Assembly: GCA_013239625.1 (NCBI GenBank)
Contig: MU056303.1
Location: 9,604,049-9,668,048 of the forward strand
Length of the DNA stretch: 64,000 nt
DNA from: Lama guanicoe
Taxonomy: Eukaryota
Direction: 5' to 3'
Numbering within the stretch: position 1 is the stretch's first letter; every line of letters starts with the position of its first letter. Positions 25,029-38,089 of the stretch are shown here, in pieces. The notes beneath the pieces were generated by a model. It made no database searches and was not told where the DNA came from. It saw nothing but the letters and a program-made list of their open reading frames with translations. The position numbers and the translations under genes are program-made.

Positions 25029-26498
25029 TGTTGGCCCCAGAAAATGCTTCTGCTTGAGGAATGGAAAAAACTACCTTGCAGAAACACAAAGCCCTGGAGT
25101 GATCTGATTTATATATTCGTATTGTTTAAGAAGCCCACTGGCTTGACTCATAGCTTGCTTAACCTAGCTTGACCACATTGCTTGAGGGGCCCCGGTTACT
25201 TGATCTTGTTTTTGCAGTGTTTGTTCCACACAGCGGAATAAACTGGAAAGCAAGCAGGAAAAAAGCAGCCAATGGAAGGAGACAAGAAGCCACAAAGAAG
25301 ATGGATAAAAGTGTCAGTGGTTAGAGAGACCCCCAAATTAGGAGGTCCACCAGTGTGGGTCCTTGCCGCCAGCTGTGAAAGAACTCACAGCAGAGGCAGC
25401 GGGACAAAGTGAATGGCTAGGAAAGAAAGGCACATGAGCAAGGAAAAGGTGCTCGAGCAGGGCTCTGTAAGCCAAGATGGACAGTTGAGACAAGTCCAGC
25501 TACAGCTCGGACCATGTGGACTTTTATGGGAGGCTTCCGCCATCACATCTTTCTTCCAGGTGTGATGGAGCCGATCGCCTTATCTTCCATTTTCCTTCCT
25601 TGTGTGGGTTTTTGTCATGGCAATTGTCAACTGGTGGTTGTGTCCCTCAGCATGCTAATACATTACAATGAATGTATAATAAGGCTCCAGGTCCACTGGA
25701 AGTCAAATCCTCCACCATCTTGGTCTCTGTTGGTTCTAACCAGTTCTTGTTTCTTCTCTTTGCAGCTGCCTCCTGAGGCTTGGATAAGAGTAATTGGTTT
25801 CTATTTGAGGGAGGGGCAGGGGTATGATCCTGGGAGCAACAGCCTTGGTAACAAAAAGGGAAGTTTCTTTTAATCAGAATGCCAACAATCTGGTGGACCC
25901 AACGTCCCCCCAAAAAACCACCTCTGAAGATTCTGCTCAGCCATAAGCTAGAGGCAGGGGTTGCAGGGGTGGTAGCTATAATTCCTGCAGAAGAACTTGG
26001 AGATATTGTTATGTATATTCCTTGAGAAAGAACCAGGATCCTGCCCCAAGGCTGCACTGTTGTTTCTTGACAGTTCCTCTGCTGTCTCTGCACTCCCTCC
26101 CTTCCCTCCCTTTCCAGATAAGCAACTGCTTGAATCTGCCCTTTGGAACTCTGGGAAGGTCACGGAGGCTGAATGAAGTCTATTTCCTACAAACAAGAAA
26201 TGAAGAACATGGGAAGATTTGTACCAGGGAGGACCCCACAGGTCCTGCTTGATATCAAAAGGAGCCAGCTGAGACCCCCCCCCAAAGCAGGAGTTCTTAC
26301 ATCAAGCCACCTGGGATTACAGCTTCCCCACTCGAGTGTCTTTCCACTCGCGTGTTTTTCCCTCTTTTCATTTTTTTGAGCAATAAAGCAGCTTTCATTC
26401 TGCCCCTTTGTCTCCACTGTAAATTCTTTCATGGCTGGAAGACAAGACCCCAGTCTTTGGGGTTCTTCCCCTTTTGGGGGCTTCCGCATCTGCTAACA
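25029..26498. mobile_element. Nested ERV1-type LTR cluster: outer plus-strand LTR (25029-25311 + 26258-26498) interrupted by minus-strand LTRs 25312-25853 and ~25854-26257
   Basis: TG..CA termini, AATAAA ~26382, AAAG at junctions; inner part matches the LTR at 36171-36906. Confidence 0.65.
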
Positions 26499-26856
26499 AT
26501 CAACACAAACAAACATCTAAGGAGCTAGTTTCGGCAGGCACTGTGCCAGGCACCGACAGTCTGCTTTTACGATAGGAAATGAGGTCGAAAGGAAAAAATA
26601 TATTCTGACAAGCAGACCTTTTATATCTACTGCAGTAGAATTCCAGAACATACACTTATAAATCTCAGAGGAAAATCAGTAAGTGTTTTCAAGTTGGAAA
26701 ATTCTGAACAAATTCTTTTGCTTTAATCTCTACAAACATAACAGGTCATACTCAAATGGAGCAGCTTAGAGCAACGTAGTGTTTTTTTTTTTTTTTGATT
26801 GGCTATAGCTAAGAGGGACAGTTAAATATGGGAAATTTGAGCAAATTTAAAAATAC

Positions 26857-27443
26857 TGTTTTGGGGGTCATGAATGAAGAATAATAAAATGGCCACATTT
26901 AGGCTAACAGATTGCTTATTCTTATGCTTGCCCTTAGAACAGACAACAAACCTGACCAACTGGTTGCTACTTATAGCTTCAGGTCCATTGTTAAAACTAA
27001 AGCTATTGATCTTACTGTTTCTACTTTATTCCAATAATTGAAAGTAATGATCATGCTTGGACTCAGAGTCCAAGGAGAAGGGACTGTAACCTTACAAAAG
27101 AGTCTAAACTACCAAGAAAACCACGCCTTGAGTGCTTATGAGACAAAGAGATCTAGCCTCTATAGAACTGGTCACCTGGAGGCATCATGATGCAATTGTA
27201 AGTCTTCTGATGAGAAAATGATTCTGTTGATTGTTATCAAAAGATGCTTTATTGTTTGAGCTATGGCTGTATAACCACCCCACCCCATCCCCAAAGTGGG
27301 GGTCACAGTTTTGAAGGCATTAGCCTGCTGGGAGTCCCCTTTGCTCGGCAAAGTATTAAAGCTGCCTCTTTTCTTCTAAGCTCAGAGATCCGGTCTCTGA
27401 TTTATTTGGCTCTCCAGGGAAGGGGGCTGATCTTTGGGCAACA
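26857..27443 (+). mobile_element. ERV1-type solo LTR
   Basis: TGT...GGCAACA ends, TATAA ~27270, ATTAAA ~27355. Confidence 0.65.
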
Positions 27444-28091
27444 GTCACAGTTATGGGGTAAAGTGCACTTAATATAATCAAGTTGAAATACGAATGTGTA
27501 ATTTGGGATTGCTAAAGTATTTGGGACAGCACACAAAGCTGTTAGAAGATTAGAGTCCTTGGAATTTGGAGCACGATTTTTAAATATCCACAGAGTTTGT
27601 TTTTTAAAAAAACTTGATGTTGGACTTTAGTCCAGACTTTGAAGACAGCTAGGATAACAATCAAAATTGTCCTGATTAAATAAAATGACCCTTCTGCTTT
27701 TCAAAATTATTAAGGAATTTGACGATTAAATGAATTCTTATTTCCCTTCACACTGGTAAGATAAATACTCAATTTTTTTCCACAGTCCTCATAAATATTC
27801 TAATATAACAATTGAGTATTTAAAGTCTGAAAGATTTGAATTTATTAGTATAAATAAAAATAGGTAGAGAGCATGCAAATATAATTCATTAAAATAAGGA
27901 AATAAATATGGAAGCAAACCTATTTTCAAAGGCTTAATCTCACTTAGTTATTTTTAAAGAGTGAAATTTTTATCAATTTTAATTGATCTAATCAATAAGA
28001 GCTTTTTAAAAATGATTTTAATACTGAACTCCATTTGCTTGGCGAAAGCACAAACTAGTAAAACAGTTCTGGAAAATAATCAAATGGTATC

Positions 28092-28662
28092 TGTGAGGAC
28101 CCACCCAGAATCCAGGAGTTGGTATAAAAATTATTTTAAGCTGAAGACATTTGAGATTCAACAGATGCAGAAAGAAGCATTCTCAGAACTTCTCTTATCT
28201 GACTAAAAGCAGCAATTGCTGAAAAATAAGTCTGCCATAAATTATTTCTTCAGGGTAGACCTATTCCCAAAATAGATCAAATGAAACTTACCCCAAATCC
28301 CTTTTCTGGGGAATTTTGTATGGCCCTGAAGGAAAAAGAAATACACCTCACATCTGTATAGACAAACATCATCACAAACTTTGTCTCTTTTTTGTTCTGA
28401 AAATTCATTTATCTTTCCTAAAGAAACCTATTTATTCTTCCCATGGAAGGATTTTTCTCCTCCATCCCTCTCCCCTGCTAAGTTAGGTAGGCAGCCTTTA
28501 ACTTTCACCACTTAATAAGCCAGCTACTTCATTTGTTGGCTCTCATGTGAGCCCAAATAAACCTTTTTCCTCTGTTAATCTGTCATTTGTCAGTTTAATT
28601 CACAGGCCTCAGTCACTAAACGTAAGAGGGTAGAGGAAAAGCTGTATTTTTCATCTCCTATG
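28092..28662 (+). mobile_element. MER34-like LTR
   Basis: GTATAAAAATTATTTTAAGCTGAAGACATTTGAGATTCAACAGATGCAG; TTGTCAGTTTAATTCACAGG; AAGAGGGTAGAGGAAAA. Confidence 0.75.
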
Positions 28663-28816
28663 TATATACTAAGAGGAAAGAATTCATATACTTTGACCCA
28701 AGAAAACTCTTAAGGACAAAAATCTAAGGAAATTGTCAGAAGTTAAGAAAATATTTATGTATAGGATGTTTGTAACACTAGAAATAGGGAAAAAATGAAG
28801 AATAAAATATATTTAG

Positions 28817-29160
28817 TATCTTAGACCACTCAGGCTGCTATAACAGATCACCACAAACTGGGTGGCTTATAAGCAACAGGGAAATATTTCTCACAGTTCC
28901 GAAGGGTGGGAGATCAAGGTGCTGGCATATTCAGTACCTGGTGAGAGCCTGTATCCTGATTTGTAGGTAGCTGTCTCTCCCTGTGTCCGCACATGGTGGA
29001 AGGAGGAAGGGAGGGCTCTGAGGTCTCTTTTATAAGAGCACTAATCCCATTCATGAGGGCTCCCCGCTCATGACCTAGCCACCACCCAAAGGTCCCACCT
29101 TCACATACCATCACCTTGGGGATTAGGTTTCAACTTGGGGGGGAAGACAAACATTAGAGC
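28817..29160 (-). mobile_element. MLT1A-like MaLR LTR
   Basis: CAGGCTGCTATAAC...CTGGGTGGCTTATAAGCAACAG...CACTAATCCCATTCATGAGGGCTCC. Confidence 0.85.
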
Positions 29161-29997
29161 ACTAAGTGCCATACAACAGTGAAAGGTTTAAATTCATGCG
29201 GGTATATCCAGAAGATGGAAAGTGCGTGGCACGCTCACACACACGTGATTGTTTATCAGTATGATCTCAATTAATTAAGAAAAATTCATACATGAAAAAA
29301 AGGACTGAAAGAAATATCACAAAGTGTGAACTGTTTTTTTCTAGATGTTGAAATTAAGGGTCTTAAATTTTTCTTTCTGTATATTTTAATATCTTTCAGA
29401 TTTTTAAAGTATGTAATACCTTTGGGTGGGGGATGGGGGAGAGAAACACAAAGGGGAATTATTTAATTTGGAAGAAAGAAAGGAAGGAAAGAATATGCCT
29501 TTAGGAAGAGAACGTTTTGCTAGGGTTTTTCTTTCAGTTGTAAAACGTCACTATGTAATAAATTTGGGTTGTTTTTTTCTTAAGGTTTAGTCAGCATTTT
29601 AATTGTTTTATTGCATCCCATAGGTCAATGATGAAAGAAAATGTGATGCAACTCAAGTTGAAACAGAAAGTTGCAATTTGGTATGCTAAATAAGTTGGCA
29701 TAAAAACTCTAATAAAGATATATACATCTATATATATTTATCATGACAATATACAGAAAAGAAGTTAGGCAATAAATAGCTTATTGTAAATAGCTTTTAA
29801 ACACGCTTTTCAAAGATAAGAAAACTTAACAGGAAGTTAAGTAAAAGATATCTTCCATGGGTTCAATGATTTTCAGTTCTTCTATGTCCATGTTATACAC
29901 TTTTAATACATTTTTTCGCTTTTTTATTTATCAACCATAAAAAATATTACATTTTTCTTTTCTTTCTTCTAGCCTTATGTTGCATGGGGCCATTATC

Positions 29998-30340
29998 TTT
30001 TTACACTTTTTATTGCAAATGTTCGCAGACATACAGAAAAATTGAAAAAAAGTAGCACAATGAATATTCATATTCCCATTACCTAGACTTAACAATTGTT
30101 AATGTGTTTCTTATATGCTTTTATTTTTTGCCCAAACTTTTCAAAATAACTTGTAGATGTCATGACATTTTACTCCTAAATATCTTAACATGCATTTTCT
30201 CAGAAAGAACATTCTCCTTCATAAACACAAAACCATCATCACACTTGAGTAAATTAACAAAAGTTTCCTAATATCATTTACTACTCAGTTCATATTCATA
30301 TTTCCCAAATTGTCCCCAAATATCTTTTACAGCTATTTTC
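29998..30340 (-). mobile_element. Old L1 (L1MC/ME-like) 3' end
   Basis: ACATACAGAAAAATTGAA...CATATTCCCATTACCTAGACTTAACAATTGTTAA. Confidence 0.6.
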
Positions 30341-31868
30341 TTATTCATAAAACTGTTGAACAATGATCTAATATTACCATCACTGGATGGGATTCACCAA
30401 TCTTCTAGAGCTGACCTGCAATGAGCGAAGAGCTTCTCTGCAAATTTGTGCTTTCAGCAAGTTTACTGGGCACCTACCATGTTCCAACAAAGTGCTAAGC
30501 GCTGGAATGACGGAGTGAAAGTCATTTTCCAGCCTTCGTGTAGCATGCGGTCAGTACACAAGGAGCCTTTTTTCTTCATTGGAACATTTCTAAATTAGCA
30601 GAAAGGGGGAAAACTGAGTCAAACAGTGGGAGCTTGTGTCTTGATGGATATATTGTCATCCCCACCTCCCCAAAATGTGTTCTATCCATTATGCTGTATC
30701 AACAGAAACAATGCTTTTGACATTTACCCCAACTGAAAATGACAATATCGCCTCTATTGGAGTCTCTTCCTTTAAAAAAAAAAATTTTTTTTTTGGTATT
30801 TCCTTGAGAAGAAGATAATATGGCCTTTTCTTTATCACTTAATGATCAAAGTGGGTTTTTCTTCCCACAGCCCTTCATGGCCTCTGTTTAGCTCTGCTTC
30901 CACAGTCCTCTCCTTTGGTCTTGTGGTCCCAGCATCCCCACCTCCTGAACATTCCTGCCCCCAGGACAGAGGTGGCCTTTCACAAATATTTACTGCTGGG
31001 GGTTCTGGCAGCCTGGGAGACCCGCTGGGTTGTCCGCAGGTCAACCAAACACTTTCTGCAGGCTGTCTCAATCTCAGCCTGCAGAAAGTGTTTTATGGCT
31101 TCCACACCCTCCACCCCAAGAGTCCCCTGGGTGTGATGGGCAGCCAGGACTTGTCATGCTGCAGGGAGTGGGAAGAAAAGGGGCCACCCAGCTGGAAGGA
31201 CCTCCTTAAGCTGCTTCCATCTTTTGCTTTTAATTCACTCTTTGCCATTTTCTCAGAGCATCCCACACACCCTATGTGATGGCTGTGCTTTGCCTTGCGC
31301 TGCTCTGCTCCTTCTCAGGGCCGTATCCCTGCCTAGAATGCACTAACCAGCCTCTCCTCCATCCTTGGTTTTGCCACCTTTCAAGCCCAAACTCAAGATT
31401 TTTTATTGTTGTTTTTTGTTTTGTTTTGTTTCGCAGGTGGCACTTAATGTAACACAGTATTTTAACTTTTCGGGGGATGAGAATATGACACAGAGAGGTA
31501 TGGTGACTTGTCCACAGTAAATGCAGTGGGCAGGTGGGAAGACTAGAATTGAACTGAACTGGCTTCAGTTTCTGCTTTTCAGCTTTATTGTGCAGGTATG
31601 GACTGTCCTGCAGGCTGCTGCGGGCAGTGCCACGGCGGGCGTAGGGCTCCCCTGCTCCCCTTCCTCTCAGCCCACTCTCCCCTGTCGAGCAATGTTGGAG
31701 CACACCCAGCACTTCTCCTGATTTGTTGAGTATTGGCAATGGGTCCCAGTGCTGGCATAAAGTATCTTTTCTCACGTTTTTTCCATTCTTGTTTGTTGCT
31801 AATTCACTCTGCGGGATATACATATTGAGCAAGAAGGGAACCCCTAGACTTGAATTCCTCAGTCGTCC

Positions 31869-32230
31869 TGTTTCCGAGCTCAGGTCTGGCTGCTCGCTGC
31901 TTGAAAATCGATACTGAGCGGCAATCCATAGACGGAGTGCAGGCTGTATCGGAAGGCAAGAGAAAGGCCACCAGGTGTGGGCGTTGGTTGCTCAGTTTAA
32001 AGTAAAGTCGTTACACACTCCATAGATGGAGTGCGGTCTGTCTCCTTCAGAAGGGAGAGCGGCCCAAACTCTCCTTCTGTTCTTAGCTCGCAGCCCAAGC
32101 TCTGGTGGGAGTCAGGTGTGCAGCTTTGGTGTGCAGGACCAACGCAGCATCTTGATGGCGGCCCTTCACTGACCTGAGAGGATACAACCTCAGCCCCTTG
32201 CAGCTGGCTGGACATGTCCCTGTCAGGTCA
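31869..32230 (-). mobile_element. ERV1-like LTR fragment
   Basis: Starts TGTTTCCGAGCTCAGGTCTGGCTGCTCG, similar to the U5 end at 36171; internal direct repeat TCCATAGA(C/T)GGAGTGC. Confidence 0.5.
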
Positions 32231-34161
32231 GGTCAGTGTCCCTTCTGTCCTTCTAAGATAGAAACAGCATACCCCACGTGGAAGGGCCGGCCAGCAGCAT
32301 CCCGGGGGTGGGGCTGATTCGGGCCTGGAGGAGGCCTGCGGTTCTGCTTCCCAGTGTGCTGTATCAGTGGGACAACTGTTTGGAGATTTTGGGCTTGACT
32401 CCCAGGAGAGAGGATGCGCCAGAGCTGTAGGTTTTGGGGACAGCAGCATGGGATAGAGGTTTAGAACCTGGAGTCCGACTTCTGCTCCTAAGGAGACAAT
32501 GCAAAGGGGCTCAAGGGAGAAAACGGGGATCCAAGAGATGCCCTCATTGAAGAGGGGCAAATGGGGCACATAGTGAGTCTCTTCTGTTGTCAATTTGTCC
32601 GCTGGCCCTCAGAGTGTTGGCACTCTGATCAGTACCTGTTTGGACACAGTACCTGGGCCAGAGGGCTCCCAGCGGCCTTTTCTCTGCCCCTGCTGGTCAT
32701 GTGATTTAATCACTAACTTGGGAAGGAGAAATTTCCCATGGAGGGACTTGAGGGCCAGTTAAAACTCTACTAACTGCCTTTCATAGGCCCAGGTGGGACT
32801 CATCCTGGCCTGGCCTGCAGGGAACCTAAATTCCTCCCTGACTGGTGCTGCAGCGACTCAGGGGTTCTCTGGCAGCAGGGCCTCAGGGGGAGGCAAAGCA
32901 GAAGTGGGAAGTGGGACGCAGGCCTGGGCCTCCCCGGTTCCAGGTGGGTGGTCCGAGCCTAGAGCTCTCTGGAGCTTGATGCCTTGCAAAGGCCCGTGGG
33001 CCACTTGAGTCCCAGCTGCAAAGCTCTGGGCACTGGCTTGTCTGCTTTTCTCACCCGTGACACTAAAAAAGCACAAAGAGCAAGCAGGCCACCCTGTACC
33101 CCGCGACGTGCCTCTGCCTTGTGACTGTGCTTAATATAGGTCAAATGGAAACAGCTCCCAAAATAGACCTTCACTGAGAAGCAGCTGGGCTTGTGAAATG
33201 CTCCACAGAAAGGGAAAGGTGTGGGTGACAGGGGAGCGTCGCTCTCAGGTGTTACGTAACCTGGGCTTAAAAATTGGGGCCAAATGTCTGCAGAGAAAAT
33301 GCGAGTCTGCCCTGCCTCCCCCATCCTCCCCAGCCCCCAGGCCCAGGAAGCAGCCCAACTGCACATCAGCAAACTCACAAGGAGCTGGTTCTGTCCCGGA
33401 CGGCAAGGTCATCCCTCACAGCGTCCCTCGGGGGAGCTTGCCATGCATACTGAAGTGATCACGTGGCTCCCACCAGGGCTGGCTGGATGCCCCAGAATGG
33501 GGAGGTGACTCCCCTGGGAGAGCTGGTGCAGGATGTGGGTCTCATCTGGCCCAAGCGGTGGGCAGACAGAGAGAGGTAAAGGGTAGCGGGGGCTGAGAGC
33601 AGGACAAGACTGCCAGCCCGAGGAGGTGGCCACTGTGGTCTGTCCAGGGCCAGAGCAAGCAGAAAGGGAAAGGGAAACCTAAGTGTCACCCCTCTTCCTA
33701 CAGACGCAGACTCTTCCTCTCTGCCTCCCAGGAGCCACCAGTGGGCCCAGCTCACCCCGTTGCAGCCTCTTCCTTTGCCATTTTGCCTCAGCCGGGAGAA
33801 GGGTTTCTCCTCACTTGTCCATTCCTCCATTCACTCAGTGATGGCTTAGCAACGGCTGCCTGTGAAGGGAGGCAGATAGAGGGTGAAGACTTCTGAAGAG
33901 GTGACTTGAGAAGAGATAGGAAGTTAAAAAGGGGCTACCTGAACAGGGAAAGATGTGCGGGATGTCAGAAGCAGGGAAAAAATACATGCAAAGGCCCAGA
34001 GGCAAGAGGGAGAGCTTATCTCCAGCAGAAGCCACAACTACCACAGATGACAGATTCAGAAAGACATGACGGAGATGAGGCTGACGGGGAAATGGAGGCC
34101 ACATGGGGAAGGGCCTTGAGACTTGTGGACTTCGTCCTGGCAGAACCGGGAACGGCGAAAG

Positions 34162-34318
34162 CAGGTGGTTTTCTAACATGGGGACACCTTGGGAAAGCGG
34201 GTGGTTGGGCCTTGCCTCAGATCCACCAAATCAGGAACTCACAGGTGGAGGCCTGTGGTCTGCGGTTTAACAAGTCCTCCACCTGATTCTAACTCACACT
34301 GAAGGTTGAGAACAGCTG
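34162..34318. mobile_element. MER5-like hAT MITE
   Basis: TTTAACAAGTCCTCCACCTGATTCTAA...GTTGAGAACAGCTG. Confidence 0.65.
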
Positions 34319-34419
34319 AGCAAAAGGTGTCACTCTGGAAGGGGAGATGGTGAGGAGAGGTTGCTCTTCCAGGAAGTTTGGCTGTGAAGGAAAGGAGAGC
34401 GATGGGTGAGGGTTAGTGG

Positions 34420-35396
34420 GGCTTGGAGAGGATCTTAAGTCAATTCCCTGGAAAACAGATGGTGAGATGGAGGTTTGCAGGCAGGAAATGTTCTGGGGCC
34501 TGCTCCCAAGGGTGGGGACAGCATGAGGGAGCAGAGGGAGAGGTTGGCTCATGGTGCAGGGACACAGGCCTCGGCAGAGCCCTCTGGGAGCTGCAGAGCT
34601 AGGATGTCCCTTCTGAGTTGTCCCAGAATTAAGTTAAGGGGGCCTGGACCTTTATCCTATTTTAATCATGTCACTTTACTTTCTTTATTTTCTGATGTTT
34701 TGGCATCTGGAGCCTTGCTGATTCGGGAGAGACCGCCCCTCCCAGGCCTAGCTAATTCTAGAGACAGAAACAATTTCCCTGTGACCATGACTTTCGTATA
34801 CAAACAAATCCAGAGTCCATAACCCCCAACCATGTCCTTTATCAGACTCTTAGACTCGGGTCACTATCTACCTTCTCTAATCATCGCAGGGTCAGGCACC
34901 AGACGAGGAACAGTCCATATATCCCAGGGCCCATGACATTATTCAAAGTAGCCAATCTGAAACCTGCTTACAGTGCCTTGCCTTTCCCATGGAAACCATA
35001 ATAAAGGCCTTCACATTTTCCCCTCACTCCCTCTGCCTCCAGACCCACCCTGGTGCTTCCCCATGTGGCCCTGAAAGGCATGCATGCCTTCTGTTTCTAA
35101 GGGTTTATGAACATAAACCTCTTCCTTCATGACAGTCATCTCCATGTCTGCGTGTTTTATGATATCTGCTTAAAACAAATCCTAAGTACCTTTAAAATAC
35201 TCCAGCACCAACCAGCCATAGGATGTGGCCTGCCCTGGAGAATGGGTGTCACCTCGGGCAAGGCAGCTCCCTGTGGCATGTCCCAGAGGGGGTTTGAGCT
35301 GTGAGCTGTCAGCAGCCAACACTCCTGGCAGCTGGAAGAATGAATGTCTCTGTCCAGAAGAGGACGTCTGGGTTATGCATCAGAGCATCCACTACA
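34420..35396 (-). mobile_element. LTR16A-like ERVL LTR, split by a MER74-like LTR
   Basis: GCTGTGAGCTGTCAGCAGCCAACACTCCTGGCAGCTGG...GCATCCACTACA; left half GAGCTAGGATGTCCCTTCTGAGTTGTCCC. Confidence 0.7.
34655..35200 (+). mobile_element. MER74-like solo LTR
   Basis: Aligns by eye to 1-423; AATAAA at ~35000. Confidence 0.75.
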
Positions 35397-36170
35397 AAGA
35401 GATCTTTTAAAGATGGAAGAGACATAAGGACATTTATGTGCTGGTAGGAAGAGTCAAGTTGAAGGGGAGGGATTAAAGATACAGGAAAGGAAAGAAACAA
35501 CTGACAGGCTGCGTGAGGGTGAGTGAGGGTAGGAGGGAGAAGACTGAAGTATTGGAAGAGGGATAAACCTTGAACCTAGGGAGGGTCACCTTCTCCATTA
35601 TGTTGGGAGGGAGGCAGAGGAATTCAGATAGTCTTTGTCTCATTGCTTCTATTTTTTTTTTCCTGTAAAATCAGTGCATGGGACCGATGGGTTTCATGAG
35701 ATTGAGAAACAGTTTTAGTGGGAGGAAGTCCATGGAGGGGAGAGCTGGAAGGACGGGGCTGAAAAGGGACATGGAAGTGGAGTAGTGTGCCCTGGGGAGA
35801 GAGTGGCAAAGACAGAATGGGCGTAAAGCTCTTAGAAGGTGAGGCAGTCTAGGAGCTAAGATGCCAGCATGTTGGATCACTCAGACTTGTGGATGATGAA
35901 CTGACTTAGAGGATGTTAAGACCTGAGTAGAGAAGACAGTGAGCTGGGTTTCAAAGTCCTCAGGGAATGAAGAGTTGTGATCAGGAGGTCAGCACATGGC
36001 CTCCACAAGGAGGCACAGAGGGCAGTATGTTGTGGAGGCTGGAACAGGACCCTTAGGAGGCTGTAATAGGACCCTTAGAAGTCAGCTGCGATGCCCTGCA
36101 GGGAAGTAACTTTCCCAACTTCTCCTCCATGTCTGTACTTATTTAAGCTGTATGTTTGTCTGCCTTGTCT

Positions 36171-36906
36171 TGTTACCAAACTCAGATTCGGCTGCTTGCC
36201 ACTGGAAAGCCAATACCGGAGAGATGAGTGTTGCTTGGATAGGAAAGTTTGCTTTACTCAGGAGGCCAACAACCTGGGGAGAAGGTCAACTTGTGTCCAA
36301 AAACCAGCTCCAAAGATTCTGCTTCACCATGAAAGTTTTTTTGGGGTGGGGGTGGAGGGGCGATGGTCAGAGTCTTTGTTATCTTCCATGGTGTACAGAC
36401 TTTCTTCTGATTGGCTGGTGGTGGATAACAGGGCAATGCTTCAGGAATCTGGTGCTCAGGCTGAAGTTACCATCTTCCGTCTGGGTGGGGGCTTTAATTC
36501 CTGCAGAACTCAAAGGTATTGTTATGTATATTCCTTGAGGAGGAATCAGGAACCTGCTTTATTGCAGCACAATTGTTTCTTTCTTTGGGGGGGGCGGGGC
36601 TTGGTGGTGGTAATTAGTTTTATTTTATATATTTATTTAAAATGGAGGTACAGGAGATTGAACCAGGGACTTCATGCATGATAAGCATGTGTTCTACCAC
36701 AGAGCTATACCCACCCTCCGCCACGATTGTTTCTTGACTTTGTCTCTGCATCCCCCCTTCCCTGATTAGCAACTATCTGAACCTGCCCTTTGGAACTCTG
36801 GGAAAGTCAAGGAGGCTAAATAAAGATTATTTCCTACAAACAAGAAATTAGGGGCATGGAAAGGATGTGTACCTGGGAGGGCCCCCCAGGGTCCTGCTCG
36901 GTTTCG
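36171..36906 (-). mobile_element. ERV1-type solo LTR interrupted by a SINE
   Basis: TGTTACC...GTTTCG ends; 4-bp TSD GTCT at 36167-36170 and 36907-36910. Confidence 0.85.
36582..36721 (-). mobile_element. Camelid-type tRNA-derived SINE
   Basis: Same family as 22137; TSD CAC(A/G)ATTGTTTCTT. Confidence 0.85.
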
Positions 36907-37119
36907 GTCTCATGACTATTACCACAAGTTATGTAGTCTATAAGATAAGAACTGTTTCTTCTTTAAAAGGAATCTTAGAGCAAAAGGAGCTTGTGCAATC
37001 ATAATGTGATTTTACACACTTGAAAAAAATCTGCAGATAAATATAGTTGGGCTGAGAATGCCAAATCTCCCCCTACCCCTCTGGCCATGAAGGATGATGA
37101 AGGACATCTAGGGAGATTT

Positions 37120-37245
37120 AAGCAGGGGTAGGTAATTAGGTTTATTTACTTATTGATTTATTTTTTAATGGAGGTACTGGGGGTTGACCCTAGGACCTCA
37201 TGCATACTAGGCACGTGCTCTACCACTGAGCAACACCCTCCCCTC
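37120..37245 (-). mobile_element. Camelid-type tRNA-derived SINE
   Basis: Same family; TSD TAGGGAGATT. Confidence 0.85.
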
Positions 37246-37742
37246 TTAGGGAGATTCTTATTATCTATTCTGTCTCTTCTCTCTCCGGCTTAAGCCTATC
37301 TATTCTCCTCCCTCCCAATCTACTTATTGAATATCTCCTGGACTTATTATAGCAAAACATATGTTCACTTTAGAACATTTTGAAAGAAAGAAAAAATTAA
37401 AATGCAAACACAAAAACCTACAATACTTGTCCCTCAGAAATAACCCCTTTTAACTCTAGAAACATAGATACTCATAAACCAAAATCAACCCCTGTAAATA
37501 TTTTAACTTTTTTTTTCCATCCAGGCTTTTTATTTCATCTTCTCAAGGTCATAACCGATCTATAATTTTTGAAATTCTTCTTTTCTTTTCTTTAAATGAT
37601 ATTTATCCTATTAAATTTAACAAGTACACAAGAGCAAAAACTATTTAAAAATCAACCACAATGTAATATATCACCATATAATATTTATGTAAAAATGGCC
37701 ATCAGATGAGATACTGCTTTGGAACTTGCTCCTTTTGCTTAA

Positions 37743-38070
37743 CTGTGTTGCTCTGTGGATGTCTCTGTGCCCCTTGGATCCACTCTTTCTTCCTCTGCCC
37801 TGCTGTCTGTCCCAGAGGCTGAGTGGAGTAGCCTTGCCCTCCGGCTTTCAGATAGGTCTGGTGAGAGGAAGCCTTACAGGAGGTAAGAGAAAGGGAGGAG
37901 AGTAAGGACAGGGTATTTATCTCAGGAAGCCTCTCTGTGGGGTCACCCTGGGCTGCCTCTGGTACCCTATTAAAAGTCACTGCTCTCTCTGGGAAGTGTT
38001 CTCTGCATGGTTCTCCTTCCAGATTCCTTTAATAGCTTCCTCCCCCAGGGCCAACACTAGGATGGGGATA
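37743..38070. mobile_element. LTR33-like ERVL LTR
   Basis: CTTGGATCCACTCT...GCCCTGCTGTCTGTCCCAGAGGCTG motif. Confidence 0.55.
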
Positions 38071-38089
38071 AGGGAGACTTATATGGTTT

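Noticed and set aside
27450-29990. AT-rich stretches possibly from a hAT transposon
   Set aside because: No terminal inverted repeats or transposase motif could be established by eye
36091-36681. 196-aa ORF
   Set aside because: Runs through an antisense LTR and a SINE; no protein signature
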